Positions 18,700 to 28,931 of a stretch of 64,000 nt of DNA are shown here, piece after piece (position 1 is the first letter of the stretch; each line of letters opens with the position of its first letter). Position numbers and translations under genes: made by a program. The notes under the pieces were generated by a model. The model saw nothing but the letters and a program-made list of their open reading frames with translations. It was not told the DNA's origin and made no database searches. Source of the DNA: Terriglobia bacterium (GTDB taxonomy: Bacteria > Acidobacteriota > Terriglobia > UBA7540 > JAPUME01); the NCBI GenBank assembly GCA_965222885.1, contig OZ244973.1, forward strand, positions 3,845,664 through 3,909,663. The letters are read 5' to 3'.

Positions 18700-19311
18700 T
18701 TACTTGATAATGGCAAGGATACTGCTCCCGGCCCGGACCCGATCTCCGGGCTGTACGAGAATTTCAACTTGCGGCTCCATCAAAACATCCACCCGGGAGC
18801 CGAACTTGATCAGCCCGAACCGCTCACCCTTCCGCAACGATTCGCCCCGCTTCTTCCAAAAGACGATACGCCGGGCAATGAGGCCGGCAATTTGCCGGAC
18901 CACGACGACCGTATCGTCGCCGCGAATGGTTACAATGTTCTGTTCGTTCTCCAGAGAACTCTCGGGCCGCATGGCGGGATGAAAACTGCCTCTGCGATAC
19001 TCTACGTCGCTGATGTTTCCGTCCACGGGAGAACGGTTGACGTGCACGTCCAAGGGGGACATGAAGATGCTCACCCTTTGCCAACGCCGGCCGCCGAACT
19101 CTTCGGCCACTACCTGTTGGGTGCGCCCGTCTGCCGGGGAAACCAGAAATCGGGAATCGGAGGGAATTTCCCGCTCCGGGTCGCGAAAGAAATTCAGCAC
19201 CAGACCCGCAATGACTATAACCGCCGCCGACCAAGCGTACCGTTGGACTCCCGCCAGTCCCCCGGCCAGCAAAACCAACGGTAATCCGTACCAGTAACCT
19301 TCCTTAACCAT
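18700..19311 (-). CDS. psd: phosphatidylserine decarboxylase proenzyme (short form)
   Basis: The blocks FFRDPER, SPADG and the C-terminal FG.IKFGSRVD (G-S cleavage site region) match Psd. The start is either ATG 19311 or GTG 19350. Confidence 0.85.
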   Translation of the reverse strand: MVKEGYWYGLPLVLLAGGLAGVQRYAWSAAVIVIAGLVLNFFRDPEREIPSDSRFLVSPADGRTQQVVAEEFGGRRWQRVSIFMSPLDVHVNRSPVDGNISDVEYRRGSFHPAMRPESSLENEQNIVTIRGDDTVVVVRQIAGLIARRIVFWKKRGESLRKGERFGLIKFGSRVDVLMEPQVEILVQPGDRVRAGSSILAIIK

Positions 19312-19406
19312 CAAAAAGCACTGCTTTGAACTCCGAGATTGCCGTCCCACCCGACTGCCAACGGCCGCTCCTCGGCAGGGGGACTTTCCCGGGCTGGGGC
19401 CGGCCT

Positions 19407-19628
19407 TTAGGACCTATGTGACTGGATCATAAGCTCCATCTGATCTTTCAACTGGAGCTTTAATTTCTTCAGCTTCTTTTCTTCCAACTTTTCTTCCTCG
19501 GTCTGAAAAGGGTTCCGAGCCAACCGGTCCAGTTGCTCATCATATCGCGAGTGGTCTTCCTTCAAGCGTCGAAACTCCTCATTGGTGGCAAGCAATTTCT
19601 CCCGGACCGCGTCGGGGGCTGTGTTCAT
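19407..19628 (-). CDS. DUF465 (YdcH-like) small coiled-coil protein
   Basis: The 73-aa product contains EEFRRLKEDHSRYDEQLDRL...LKKLKLQLKDQM. An AAGGAGG RBS precedes ATG 19628. The longer ORF to 19748 is unlikely. Confidence 0.7.
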   Translation of the reverse strand: MNTAPDAVREKLLATNEEFRRLKEDHSRYDEQLDRLARNPFQTEEEKLEEKKLKKLKLQLKDQMELMIQSHRS

Positions 19629-19775
19629 GATTATAACCTCCTTAGACTTTTGGAAGATTCGCCGGAACGTTAGCATAACGCCGGAAATCAATTCAACCGG
19701 AATTGCAGGCGACGGATGAAGTCCCTCCGGCGGGAAATTCGGCGGCATATCCCAGAGGAACCACTTCCAAGATTC

Positions 19776-20486
19776 TTAATCTTTCCAATGAATTTCGGCA
19801 TCCGGCCGCCGCAGATAAAAGGCTGCGAGCTCCCCGGGGGGGGCGTCTCGGTTCCGCTCCTTGCGGCGCAAGGCCATCTCCCCGATCACCTCGGCCAGAG
19901 GCCGAGCGACCTCCCGCAGGGGGTACTGCCCACACCCGAGCGCGCGCAGAGCAGGAGCCATATTCTGGCTTCCCCGCGTCAAGAGCGTGGCGGCTGCTTC
20001 CGGGAGTAATTTCTCTTGCAGAGTACGCTGAAACTCAGAAGCCTTCAGCAAATGGGGCTCTCCGATCAATTGATAGTCATCCTTGGCCGACGGAGAGTTA
20101 TAAAAAGCCGCATAAAATTCTCCCCTTTGCGCGTTTAGCACCGACACAATCCACGGAGTGGAAGGCTTACACGAAGCGGCGATTGCGTCCAGCACGGAGA
20201 CTCCGACCACGGGCTTCCGAAGAGCCTCCGCCCACCCCTTTACCGCCGCTAATCCGACACGTATGCCGGTAAATGAGCCGGGGCCGGTAGCAACAGCAAA
20301 GACATCCATGTCGCCGAGGGCTCGGTTCACATTCTTGAGCAGGCTTTCCACCGCACCGAAGAGTTGGACCGAGTGCTTCCGGCCCCCTTCGAAGGTGGCG
20401 GACGCAACCACCCGTTCCTTCTCGATAAGCGCAACACTTCCATACTCTGCGGTTGTATCAATTCCCAGGACCCTTATTTTCTCCAC
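19776..20486 (-). CDS. tsaB: tRNA t6A37 biosynthesis protein TsaB
   Basis: VLGIDTT....SVAL...ATGPGSFTGIRVG is the TsaB signature. I chose the GTG at 20486. The ORF is open to 20561. Confidence 0.8.
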   Translation of the reverse strand: MEKIRVLGIDTTAEYGSVALIEKERVVASATFEGGRKHSVQLFGAVESLLKNVNRALGDMDVFAVATGPGSFTGIRVGLAAVKGWAEALRKPVVGVSVLDAIAASCKPSTPWIVSVLNAQRGEFYAAFYNSPSAKDDYQLIGEPHLLKASEFQRTLQEKLLPEAAATLLTRGSQNMAPALRALGCGQYPLREVARPLAEVIGEMALRRKERNRDAPPGELAAFYLRRPDAEIHWKD

Positions 20487-20688
20487 GTTCTGCCTCTCGT
20501 TAAAGATTTTATCCTGCGGGAAGAGAGTCGGCAAGGAAAGTGAACACCGGAAAGGTTCCATGCTAAATTTCCCCCTCGCACTCGTAGTCCGCCAAGCCGC
20601 GAGAGAGTCGCACCCTCTGGACTCTTCTTTGCGCGGCTCGAGGGAACCCGTTTACAAAGCTCCCGCGCGGTCTGATAATGACTTCAGG

Positions 20689-23343
20689 ATGAATGAGCCA
20701 TCCACGCCGCTGATGCGTCAGTACAGCGCCATCAAAGAGCGCCATCCCTCGGCTCTTCTTTTCTTTCGATTGGGGGATTTCTATGAGCTGTTCTACGAGG
20801 ATGCCGTCGTCGCCTCGCGCGAGCTCGAAATCACCCTTACCTCCCGCAACAAGGAAAAGGGTGTTGCCATTCCCATGTGCGGAGTGCCCTTTCACGCCGC
20901 CGAGGGGTATGTGAACAGACTGATTCGAAAGGGCTACCGGGTCGCCATCTGCGACCAAGTCGAAGACGCTAAACTTGCCAAAAAATTGGTCAAGCGCGAA
21001 GTCACTCGGGTCGTCACCCCCGGGACGGCGGTGAGCCCCGACCTCGTCAACCCACGCGACAACAATTACCTGGGAGTGGTTGTCGGTAAACATGACGCGG
21101 TGTCCCTGGCCCTGGCGGACCTCTCCACAGGAGACTTTCGCGTTACGGAATTCTCCGGGCCTGAGGCTTCCGCCCGATTACAGGATGAACTCGAAAGGCT
21201 GCGTCCGCGGGAATTGCTTTTCCCCCAGAGCCTAGATTCCCGCGGGGCCGATGCAACCCCGGCCGAGGATGGCTTCTCAACGGGAGATTTCCACCCGCTT
21301 GTCGAAACACCTTTGGACGACTGGGTCTTCGACCCCGAATACGCCGGCCGAGCCCTTCGGGAACATTTTGGGGTGGCGGACTTGGCCGGATTGGGGCTCC
21401 AGGAGGGGTCCCTGCCTGTGGCTGCCGCCGGAGCCATCCTGCATTATGTGCGGGAGACCCAACGGGCTTCCCTGTCTCCGCTGGATCATCTGAAATTTTA
21501 CCGGCAGCAGGATAGCCTGATGATCGACGCCGTAACGCTTCGCAACCTGGAACTTTTGGAGCCTCTCTTCGATAATCCCTCGGAGACGACTCTCCGGGGC
21601 ACTCTCGATGAGTGCGTCACCTCGATGGGCTCGCGGCTCCTCGGGCAGACCATCCTTCAGCCCTCACTTGACAGGCACAAGATCACAGCCCGCTTGGATG
21701 CGGTGGAGGCGCTTCGCAACGATACCATCGGACGGGACAAGATTCGCGCCCTGCTCTCGCAAGTGCAGGACCTGGAACGTCTCTTGAGCAGGATTACTCT
21801 GGGCACGGCCCACGGGCGCGATTTGCTCAGCTTTAAGGAATCCCTCAAGCTTCTACCGGATACCCGCCGGGAACTGGAGGTCTTCTCGGCTCACCGGCTC
21901 CGGGAGCTGCACGAATCGATGGATGAGCTGGGCGATGTTTTTGAACTGCTCGAGAAATCGATTCATCCCGAGGCACCGGCTCAACTGATGAAGGAAGGCC
22001 GCTTGATCCGGCCCGGTTACCACGCCCCTCTGGATGAGTTGCGGGGGTTGAGCCAAAACTCCCGACAATACATCGCCGGCATCGAAACCCGCGAACGGAA
22101 AAGAACCAGCATCGGATCGCTCAAGGTGCGTTTCAACAATATATTCGGCTACTATCTGGAGGTCTCGAAATCCAATCTCCATCTTGCCCCCTCCGACTAC
22201 GAGCGCAAGCAGACCTTAGTCAACGCGGAACGCTTTACCACTCCGGAACTCAAAGAATACGAAGCCAAAGTCTTGGACGCGGAAGACAAGATACGTTCCC
22301 TCGAGCAGGAACTTTTTATCGACATTCGCAACCGCGTCGGGAAGCAAGCCGGACGGATTCGACGAACCGCTCAGTCGCTGGCCCAACTGGACCTTATTTG
22401 CTGTTTCGCCCATCTGGCCGCCAACCGGAATTACCATCGTCCTGAATTTTCCGAAGCCGACGAACTCACTCTGACCGAAGCTCGGCATCCGGTGATCGAG
22501 CGGCTGGAAGAAAAAGAGCGCGCGGGAAGATTCGTTCCCAACGATCTTTACATGAATTCCCGCGCGGACCGGCTGCTGTTGGTCACCGGGCCCAACATGG
22601 GAGGGAAATCCACCTACCTGAGGCAGGCCGCCTTGATCGCGCTGATGGCTCAGATGGGAAGCTACGTGCCCGCCCGGAGGGCGGTGCTCCCGATCTTCGA
22701 CCGTATCTTTACGCGCATCGGGGCCTCAGACAATCTGTCCCGAGGGCGTTCGACGTTCATGGTAGAGATGACCGAGACCGCCGGTATTCTCAACCTGGCT
22801 ACCCCCCGGAGCCTGATTTTGCTCGATGAGGTGGGCCGGGGTACGGCCACTTTCGACGGCCTCTCCCTGGCCTGGGCAGCGGTCGAATACATCCTCACCC
22901 AGGTTCGAGCCAAGACATTATTCGCCACGCATTACCATGAGCTGACGGAGCTGGCCAAACTCTTGCCCGGCATCCGCAACTATCACGTCACGGTAAAGGA
23001 GACGGCAAAAGGCGTCCTCTTTCTTCGCAAAGTGTCGCCGGGAAGCGCCAGCAAGAGCTATGGCATTGAGGTAGCTCGGCTGGCCGGATTGCCGCCCTTC
23101 GTCATCGAGCGTGCGCGGGAAATCCTGGCCCAGCACGAGCAGAGTGAGCATAGCCTCAGCCGGCATCTGGCCACAGAGTCCGAGGCCGGCAAGGGGAAGT
23201 CCGAGGCGGGCGTTCAGCTTACGATCTTCACTCCCCTGAATCACGAAATCATCTCCGCCCTGGAGAAGGCGGACCTCGACAATTTGAAGCCTATCGAGGC
23301 ACTGAACCTTCTGGCGGAACTGAAAAAACAGATCAGATCATGA
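20689..23343 (+). CDS. mutS: DNA mismatch repair protein MutS
   Basis: It has TPLMRQYSAIKERHPSALLFFRLGDFYELFYEDA at the N-terminus, the Walker A TGPNMGGKST, and the STFMVEM and DE(V)GRGT blocks. MutS homology starts at ATG 20689. The ORF is formally open from 20158. Confidence 0.95.
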   Translation: MNEPSTPLMRQYSAIKERHPSALLFFRLGDFYELFYEDAVVASRELEITLTSRNKEKGVAIPMCGVPFHAAEGYVNRLIRKGYRVAICDQVEDAKLAKKLVKREVTRVVTPGTAVSPDLVNPRDNNYLGVVVGKHDAVSLALADLSTGDFRVTEFSGPEASARLQDELERLRPRELLFPQSLDSRGADATPAEDGFSTGDFHPLVETPLDDWVFDPEYAGRALREHFGVADLAGLGLQEGSLPVAAAGAILHYVRETQRASLSPLDHLKFYRQQDSLMIDAVTLRNLELLEPLFDNPSETTLRGTLDECVTSMGSRLLGQTILQPSLDRHKITARLDAVEALRNDTIGRDKIRALLSQVQDLERLLSRITLGTAHGRDLLSFKESLKLLPDTRRELEVFSAHRLRELHESMDELGDVFELLEKSIHPEAPAQLMKEGRLIRPGYHAPLDELRGLSQNSRQYIAGIETRERKRTSIGSLKVRFNNIFGYYLEVSKSNLHLAPSDYERKQTLVNAERFTTPELKEYEAKVLDAEDKIRSLEQELFIDIRNRVGKQAGRIRRTAQSLAQLDLICCFAHLAANRNYHRPEFSEADELTLTEARHPVIERLEEKERAGRFVPNDLYMNSRADRLLLVTGPNMGGKSTYLRQAALIALMAQMGSYVPARRAVLPIFDRIFTRIGASDNLSRGRSTFMVEMTETAGILNLATPRSLILLDEVGRGTATFDGLSLAWAAVEYILTQVRAKTLFATHYHELTELAKLLPGIRNYHVTVKETAKGVLFLRKVSPGSASKSYGIEVARLAGLPPFVIERAREILAQHEQSEHSLSRHLATESEAGKGKSEAGVQLTIFTPLNHEIISALEKADLDNLKPIEALNLLAELKKQIRS

Positions 23344-24410
23344 AGCAATCCTGGAAGGAACATCTGGGCCAGCACCTGATCCTTGGATTTGAAACCGACC
23401 GCTATGACCGCTCCCTGCAAGCGCTTCTGGAGACTTATCAGCCCGGAGGTCTTCTTTTGTTTGCCCGAAACCTGCGTACCGGTGAGCAGACGGCGGAACT
23501 GCTTCGGCAAATCGCAGCCCATTTGCCCTATCGCCCATTTTTGGCCCTTGACCAGGAGGGAGGAAGCGTGGACCGGCTCAAGGGAATCCTTTCCCCACTC
23601 CCCTCCGCCGAGAGAGTCCTCAGAACCGGGAAGCGGTCCCTTGCCTACCGGCTGGGGGAGGTCATCGGCGAGGGGTTGCGCCGGCTCGGATTTAATTTGA
23701 ACTTCGCCCCGGTGTTGGATCTGGCCAATCCCGTTTCCCGGTCGGTGCTCGGGTCAAGGACCTTTGGCGAGGACGGGGAAACCGTCACGAAATTCGCCAA
23801 CGCCTTCTTGGAGGGTCTAAGCCGCCATCAGGTCCTCTCTTGTGGAAAACACTTCCCCGGCTTGGGGGGAGCGAATGCCGACACGCATCTTCATCTGCCC
23901 GTGGTGGACAAGCCCATGAAGAAATTGTGGCAAGAGGATCTGATTCCTTACCGCCGTCTTTCCGCGAATTTGCCGCTTATCATGGTGAGTCACGCCTGCT
24001 ACAAAGCCTACGATTTTCAAAGCCCTCTGCCGGCGTGCCTTTCGCCCGCCGTGGTTGACGGCCTCCTCCGCCGTAAATTGGGCTACTCCGGCTTGGTCGT
24101 CACCGACGACATGAATATGGGGGCCATTACACGCAAGTTCAGCCGGCAGGAGGCTGCCCTGAGAGCTTTGGAGGCGGGTTGCGATATGCTGGTGGTAGGC
24201 CGGCACGAAGGCTCTCTTCGGGAAATTGTGAGCGCCTTGGAGAGCGCGGTGAAACAGGGTCGGCTGAGCCGCGAAAGATTGCAAGAAAGCCGGGAGCAAA
24301 TCGCCCGGTTACAACGAAACCTCCCCCTCCCCCCATCTACCTTCAACGTTCGGGCTTTTGAAAAATTAAATCGTAAGTTTGTAAAACTCTCAGAAGAAAT
24401 AGATGAATAA
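23340..24410 (+). CDS. nagZ: beta-N-acetylhexosaminidase (GH3, NagZ-like)
   Basis: LDQEGG.V.R and KHFPGLGGANADTHL are GH3 NagZ blocks. The ATG overlaps the mutS TGA. Confidence 0.85.
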   Translation: MKQSWKEHLGQHLILGFETDRYDRSLQALLETYQPGGLLLFARNLRTGEQTAELLRQIAAHLPYRPFLALDQEGGSVDRLKGILSPLPSAERVLRTGKRSLAYRLGEVIGEGLRRLGFNLNFAPVLDLANPVSRSVLGSRTFGEDGETVTKFANAFLEGLSRHQVLSCGKHFPGLGGANADTHLHLPVVDKPMKKLWQEDLIPYRRLSANLPLIMVSHACYKAYDFQSPLPACLSPAVVDGLLRRKLGYSGLVVTDDMNMGAITRKFSRQEAALRALEAGCDMLVVGRHEGSLREIVSALESAVKQGRLSRERLQESREQIARLQRNLPLPPSTFNVRAFEKLNRKFVKLSEEIDE

Positions 24411-25611
24411 TAAGTCATCTGCAATATCCATACTTAAAGTTACCTCATCCCGGCTGGCTCTCGGATTGATCTCGGGAACCTCCCTCGACGGCATCGATGC
24501 AGCGTTGGTTCGGATTGAGGGGAAAGCCAATCGGCTGCGGGTCAAATTGCTGGCCTTTGAGACCTACCCCTATCCAGTTCCTCTACGCGCCCATCTGCTG
24601 CGCCTGGCAAGCGGTGATACGGTCGCCACAGGCACGGTGAGCAAAATCCACTTCCGACTCGGAGAACTCTTTGCCCAAGCCGCCCTCGCGCTGTGCCGGG
24701 AAAAGCGTATTCAGCCTGCATCTCTCCACTGCATCGGGTCGCACGGCCAGACGGTATTTCATCAAGGGCGGAGCACAAAGGGCAGAAAGGACGAGGTCGC
24801 CTCCACCCTGCAACTTGCCGAACCCAGCCTCATCGCCGAGCGCTGCGGCGTCACTACCGTAGCCGATTTTCGTCCTGCGGATATCGCGGCCGGAGGTGAG
24901 GGTGCCCCTCTGGTGCCATTGGTCGATTACCTGCTTTTCGCCCACCCCCGCAAGGGAACGGTTGCTCTGAACCTGGGCGGCATTGCCAACGTCACCGTAA
25001 TCCCCGCCGGAGCCGAACAGGAAGAGGTCTATGGCTTCGATACCGGCCCTGCCAATATGGTCGTGGATGCGTTGGTTCGTCACCAAACCAAGGGAAAGGT
25101 TCCTTTCGACCGTGGAGGGCGCATCGCCTCTCGCGGGCGCGTGATTCAGTCCGTGCTGAAGGATTGCATGTCGCACCCTTTTTTCAGGCGTCGTCCGCCG
25201 AAAAGCGCCGGCCGGGAACAATTCGGGAAAGAATTCGTCGAAAGATTTTTGCGGGCCGCTGCTTCCCACAAATTCGAAGATATTATTTCGACGGCAACCG
25301 AGCTGACCGCGGCCACCGTAGCCACCGCGATTCACCGCTTCGTACTGCCCCATACGCCGGTGAATCGAGTGATCGCATCCGGGGGAGGAGTCCATAATCG
25401 CGTACTCAGGGAGCGCTTGGCGGATCGGCTGCCGGGCGTTCACTTTCACGGGTCGCAAGAGTTCGGCATCCTGGAAGACGCCAAGGAGGCCGTGGCCTTC
25501 GCCATCCTCGCGGACCGGACGCTGCAAGGGCTGCCGGGAAATCTTCCGGCTGTCACCGGGGCGCAGCGGGCCGCCATCTTGGGAAAAGTGATCTATGCGT
25601 CTCGCCGCTAG
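24403..25611 (+). CDS. anmK: anhydro-N-acetylmuramic acid kinase
   Basis: The N-terminal motif GLISGTSLDGIDAALV, NLGGIAN and the C-terminal SGGGVHN are AnmK signatures. Confidence 0.9.
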   Translation: MNNKSSAISILKVTSSRLALGLISGTSLDGIDAALVRIEGKANRLRVKLLAFETYPYPVPLRAHLLRLASGDTVATGTVSKIHFRLGELFAQAALALCREKRIQPASLHCIGSHGQTVFHQGRSTKGRKDEVASTLQLAEPSLIAERCGVTTVADFRPADIAAGGEGAPLVPLVDYLLFAHPRKGTVALNLGGIANVTVIPAGAEQEEVYGFDTGPANMVVDALVRHQTKGKVPFDRGGRIASRGRVIQSVLKDCMSHPFFRRRPPKSAGREQFGKEFVERFLRAAASHKFEDIISTATELTAATVATAIHRFVLPHTPVNRVIASGGGVHNRVLRERLADRLPGVHFHGSQEFGILEDAKEAVAFAILADRTLQGLPGNLPAVTGAQRAAILGKVIYASRR

Positions 25612-27115
25612 CGCCGTAGTGCTTGCCGTGATTCTGCAAGCGTTTAGCTGCGCGAAGGTTCGCGACCCGGGCACCCTTGTCTTTCTGATCGAATCGGGTC
25701 CCACCAATCTCGACCCTCGGATCGGCACCGATGCACAATCGGCGCGCATCAGCCAGTTGATTTTCAGCAGCCTGCTCCGCCGCAATCGGAAATTGGAACT
25801 GGTGCCTGATCTGGCCGAGTGGTGGGAGGTTTCCAACCCCACGACCTACACCTTCCATCTGCGACGGGGAGTTCGCTTCCACGACGGGCGCCCGCTGACC
25901 GCCAGCGACGTAAAATTCACCTTCGAAAGCATCCTGGACGGTCAGGTTACCACCGTCAAGGCGGGAACCTATCGGCGCATCGCGCGCATTGAGACTCCTG
26001 ACCCCTATTCGATTATTTTCCATCTTCGCGAGGCCAATGTTCACTTCCCTATCTCGCTGACCGCCGGAGCCGTCGGCATCGTTCCGCAAGGAACCAAGGA
26101 GGGTTTTTCCTCCCATCCCGTGGGGACAGGGCCGCTCCGCTTCGTCAGTGCGACTCCGGACCGGGAAGTGGTCCTGGAACGAAATAAGGAATACTTTGCA
26201 ACGCCTTCTAAAGTGTCCCGGGTTAGATTTGAGGTGGTCCCCGACGCCGTCACTCGAGCCTTGGAGCTTCAAAAAGGAAGCGCGGACATCGCCCTCAACG
26301 CGGTTACGGCGGATATGGCGGATACTCTTCGCCTAAGCCCCCACCTGTCCGTGTTGCGCTCCGCCGGCACCAATTACGCCTATGTAGCCTTCAATCTGGA
26401 GGACCCCATTCTCGGTCATCGTCGTGTCCGCCAAGCCATCGCCCACGCGCTGGACCGCGAATCCATCATTCGATTTCTTTGGCGGGGCACGGTGCGGCCG
26501 GCCCTCAGCATTTTGCCGCCTGCTTCCTGGGCCTACGAGGACGAGGTTGCGCGCTATCGGTATGATCCGGCCAAGGCGGAACAGCTCCTCGACCAAGCCG
26601 GATTCACCCGCAACTCGGATGGAGTGCGCTTTACCCTTACCTACAAGACCACGACCGAGGAGATCGGACGGCTCAAGGCCGAAATTTTTCAAGCTCAACT
26701 CAGGAAGGTCGGCATCGACATTCAAATCCGCGCCAACGACTTCGCCACTTTCTACGCCGATATTGTCAACGGCCGATTTCAGCTCTATTCGCTTCGCTGG
26801 CTGGGCGCCAACAATTATCCGGATATCTTCGAATTCCTTTTCAGTTCTTCGAACTTCCCTCCGCAAGGAGCCAACCGGGGTCGCTACCACAATCCCCGAC
26901 TGAACACCCTGCTGGACCGCGCCCGGCAGAGCGTGGACCGCGACGCGCAGCGCGAGATCTATTCCGAAGTGCAGCGCATCCTGGCCGAAGATCTGCCCTA
27001 TATCCATCTTTGGCACTTCGATAACGTCTGCATCTACAACCGTCGAATACGGAAGGTTCGTCTTTATCCGGCCGGCGACTACGACTTTATCCATGAAATC
27101 GAATTGAAGGAGTGA
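25595..27115 (+). CDS. ABC transporter substrate-binding protein, family 5 (peptide/murein-peptide type)
   Basis: It has a lipoprotein-like signal (ILQAFSCAK). LDPRIGTDAQSARISQLIFSSLL and the F.LR.GV.FHDG.PLTA.DV.FT block are typical of SBP_bac_5. Confidence 0.85.
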   Translation: MRLAASAVVLAVILQAFSCAKVRDPGTLVFLIESGPTNLDPRIGTDAQSARISQLIFSSLLRRNRKLELVPDLAEWWEVSNPTTYTFHLRRGVRFHDGRPLTASDVKFTFESILDGQVTTVKAGTYRRIARIETPDPYSIIFHLREANVHFPISLTAGAVGIVPQGTKEGFSSHPVGTGPLRFVSATPDREVVLERNKEYFATPSKVSRVRFEVVPDAVTRALELQKGSADIALNAVTADMADTLRLSPHLSVLRSAGTNYAYVAFNLEDPILGHRRVRQAIAHALDRESIIRFLWRGTVRPALSILPPASWAYEDEVARYRYDPAKAEQLLDQAGFTRNSDGVRFTLTYKTTTEEIGRLKAEIFQAQLRKVGIDIQIRANDFATFYADIVNGRFQLYSLRWLGANNYPDIFEFLFSSSNFPPQGANRGRYHNPRLNTLLDRARQSVDRDAQREIYSEVQRILAEDLPYIHLWHFDNVCIYNRRIRKVRLYPAGDYDFIHEIELKE

Positions 27116-27340
27116 ACCGCAGCGTGAGAGGGTTTTGGCGGGCCCGACTGTTCAGAATCGCATCCTCATCAAGGAAACGGACCCTTCCCACAGTAAAAGT
27201 GCGCCCCATTCCTCACTTCCCCCCAGGGTTTCCGTATCCATGCAATACCAAGACCAGGTTTTCCCGTCGCCGATCCGTTGTGCAGGCGACAGAAAACACC
27301 CCTGGACATCCCTTTCCCTTAGCGGAGAGCCTCCTGGGAG

Positions 27341-27349
27341 TGCTATGAT
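27341..27349 (+). promoter_or_regulatory. candidate extended -10 promoter element (TGcTATGAT)
   Basis: TG at 27341-27342 and TATGAT at 27344-27349 lie about 50 nt upstream of the STAS gene GTG. Confidence 0.3.
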
Positions 27350-27397
27350 CCACAACGCGGCTCTTTTCGTTCGGGCTTTTCCCAAAAGGTTGTTACC

Positions 27398-27742
27398 GTG
27401 TCGCTGGAAATCGAAGAAAAACCTCTCGACCGCATCACGCTTTTAATTTTGCGGGGGCGGGTGGTGTTAGGTGATGGAACCGACCGGCTCCAGGAGAAAG
27501 TGCAGGATTTGGTGCGCGAGGGGCGGAATCGCGTGATTCTGAATTTGGCCGAAATGGACTACATCGACAGCTCCGGCCTCGCCGTCTTAATCAGTTGCTT
27601 ACGGGATGCCCGGGAAAAAGGAGGAGATGTAAAGCTGCTTCATCCCTCCAAGCGTGTAAAGGACATCCTGGAGATCACCCGCCTCAATACGGTACTGCAG
27701 GCTTTCGACGCGCTCGAACTCGCTCAGGTATCCTTCGGTTAG
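27398..27742 (+). CDS. STAS domain anti-sigma-factor antagonist (SpoIIAA-like)
   Basis: The 114-aa product has the phosphorylatable-serine motif YIDSSGLAVL. No partner kinase or phosphatase lies adjacent. Confidence 0.85.
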   Translation: MSLEIEEKPLDRITLLILRGRVVLGDGTDRLQEKVQDLVREGRNRVILNLAEMDYIDSSGLAVLISCLRDAREKGGDVKLLHPSKRVKDILEITRLNTVLQAFDALELAQVSFG

Positions 27743-27980
27743 AAAAGGGAATTATAGCCTTCCCGTCGGCTCCCACCCTCTACTTGTGAAGTTTCCCCGG
27801 CCGGATGCGGCTTACAGCCGACAAGCCCGTTCTTTCTGCGACCCCAAGCCTACTCTCTTGCCTCAAATAGGTCTTGCGCGGAAACAGGCCAAAGGGTATC
27901 CTTAGCCGATTCCTTGGTGTTTGATCTTTGACTACTGCCCAAGAGACAAGAGGTTTCCGCGGTGGTAGAGGAGATAATAG

Positions 27981-28814
27981 GTGGCTACTGCGGAGATGGC
28001 AGCAATTCGGAAGCGGCCGCGATTGCACCTGCGGCCCCTTCCATTCATTCTGGTTCATCTGCTCTGCCTGTCGGCATTTTTTGTTGAATTCGATCTCGCC
28101 GCCATTTTATGGTGCGCGGCCCTCTATTATTCGCGGATGTTTTTCGTTACCGCCGGTTATCACCGGTATTTTTCGCACCGCTCCTTCAAAACGAGCCGTA
28201 TTGTTCAGTTCGTTTTGGCTTTTCTGTGCATGACCTCGGCGCAGAAGGGGGTCCTTTGGTGGGCGTCCCACCACCGCGACCACCATCGGTACTCGGATAC
28301 GGAAGACGATCCTCACTCCCCGCTTCGAAGGGGTTTCTGGTGGTCACATGTTGGGTGGATCCTGAATCCCCAAAACGACGCGACCCACTACAGCCGAATC
28401 GGGGACCTGAAAAGATACCCGGAGTTGCGGTGGCTGAATCGCTGTCACTGGGTCCCCCCTACCAGCCTCGGCATTACGATCTTTCTTCTGGGCGGTTGGA
28501 AGGCGCTGATCTGGGGATTTTTTATCAGCACAGTGCTTCTGTGGCACGGCTCGTTTACCGTCAATTCTCTCGGCCATATCATAGGACGTCAGAGATACTC
28601 GACTGCGGATGGGAGCAAGAACAGTCTTGTTTTGGCCCTTCTGACCCTGGGGGAAGGATGGCACAATAACCACCATAGGTACCAAGCCTCGGTTCGGCAG
28701 GGCTTCTTTTGGTGGGAGATCGACATTACCTACTACATTCTTGTATTTTTTTCCTGGTTGGGATTGGTCTGGGATTTGCGCCAACCTCCCTTGAAAACCT
28801 TAGAAATTTCTTAG
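27981..28814 (+). CDS. membrane acyl-CoA (delta-9-type) fatty acid desaturase
   Basis: It has three histidine boxes: HRYFSHR, HHRDHHRYSD and HNNHHRYQ. TM segments are present. The start is GTG 27981 or ATG 27996. Confidence 0.85.
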   Translation: MATAEMAAIRKRPRLHLRPLPFILVHLLCLSAFFVEFDLAAILWCAALYYSRMFFVTAGYHRYFSHRSFKTSRIVQFVLAFLCMTSAQKGVLWWASHHRDHHRYSDTEDDPHSPLRRGFWWSHVGWILNPQNDATHYSRIGDLKRYPELRWLNRCHWVPPTSLGITIFLLGGWKALIWGFFISTVLLWHGSFTVNSLGHIIGRQRYSTADGSKNSLVLALLTLGEGWHNNHHRYQASVRQGFFWWEIDITYYILVFFSWLGLVWDLRQPPLKTLEIS

Positions 28815-28931
28815 CCCCTGGTAGAGAAAAGGGCAACACAAATGAACAGCACAAGCAGGAGCAGGGGATGCGGTTTCTTCGTCCGAATCCGTGGCTCCTC
28901 TGTTTGGCGCAGCACCCATAGGAGATGATTC

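Noticed and set aside
20158-20688. 177-codon N-terminal extension of the mutS ORF
   Set aside because: MutS homology begins exactly at ATG 20689 (MNEPSTPLMRQY). The extension is antisense to tsaB and has a non-protein-like, Arg/Pro/Ser-rich composition.
24583-25842. 419-aa minus-strand ORF
   Set aside because: It is antisense to anmK and the start of the SBP gene, and it has no motifs. The plus-strand genes have clear family signatures.
28815-28931. Possible cobalamin riboswitch upstream of the B12-binding radical SAM gene
   Set aside because: No B12-box-like core is visible, and the region is too short (117 nt).
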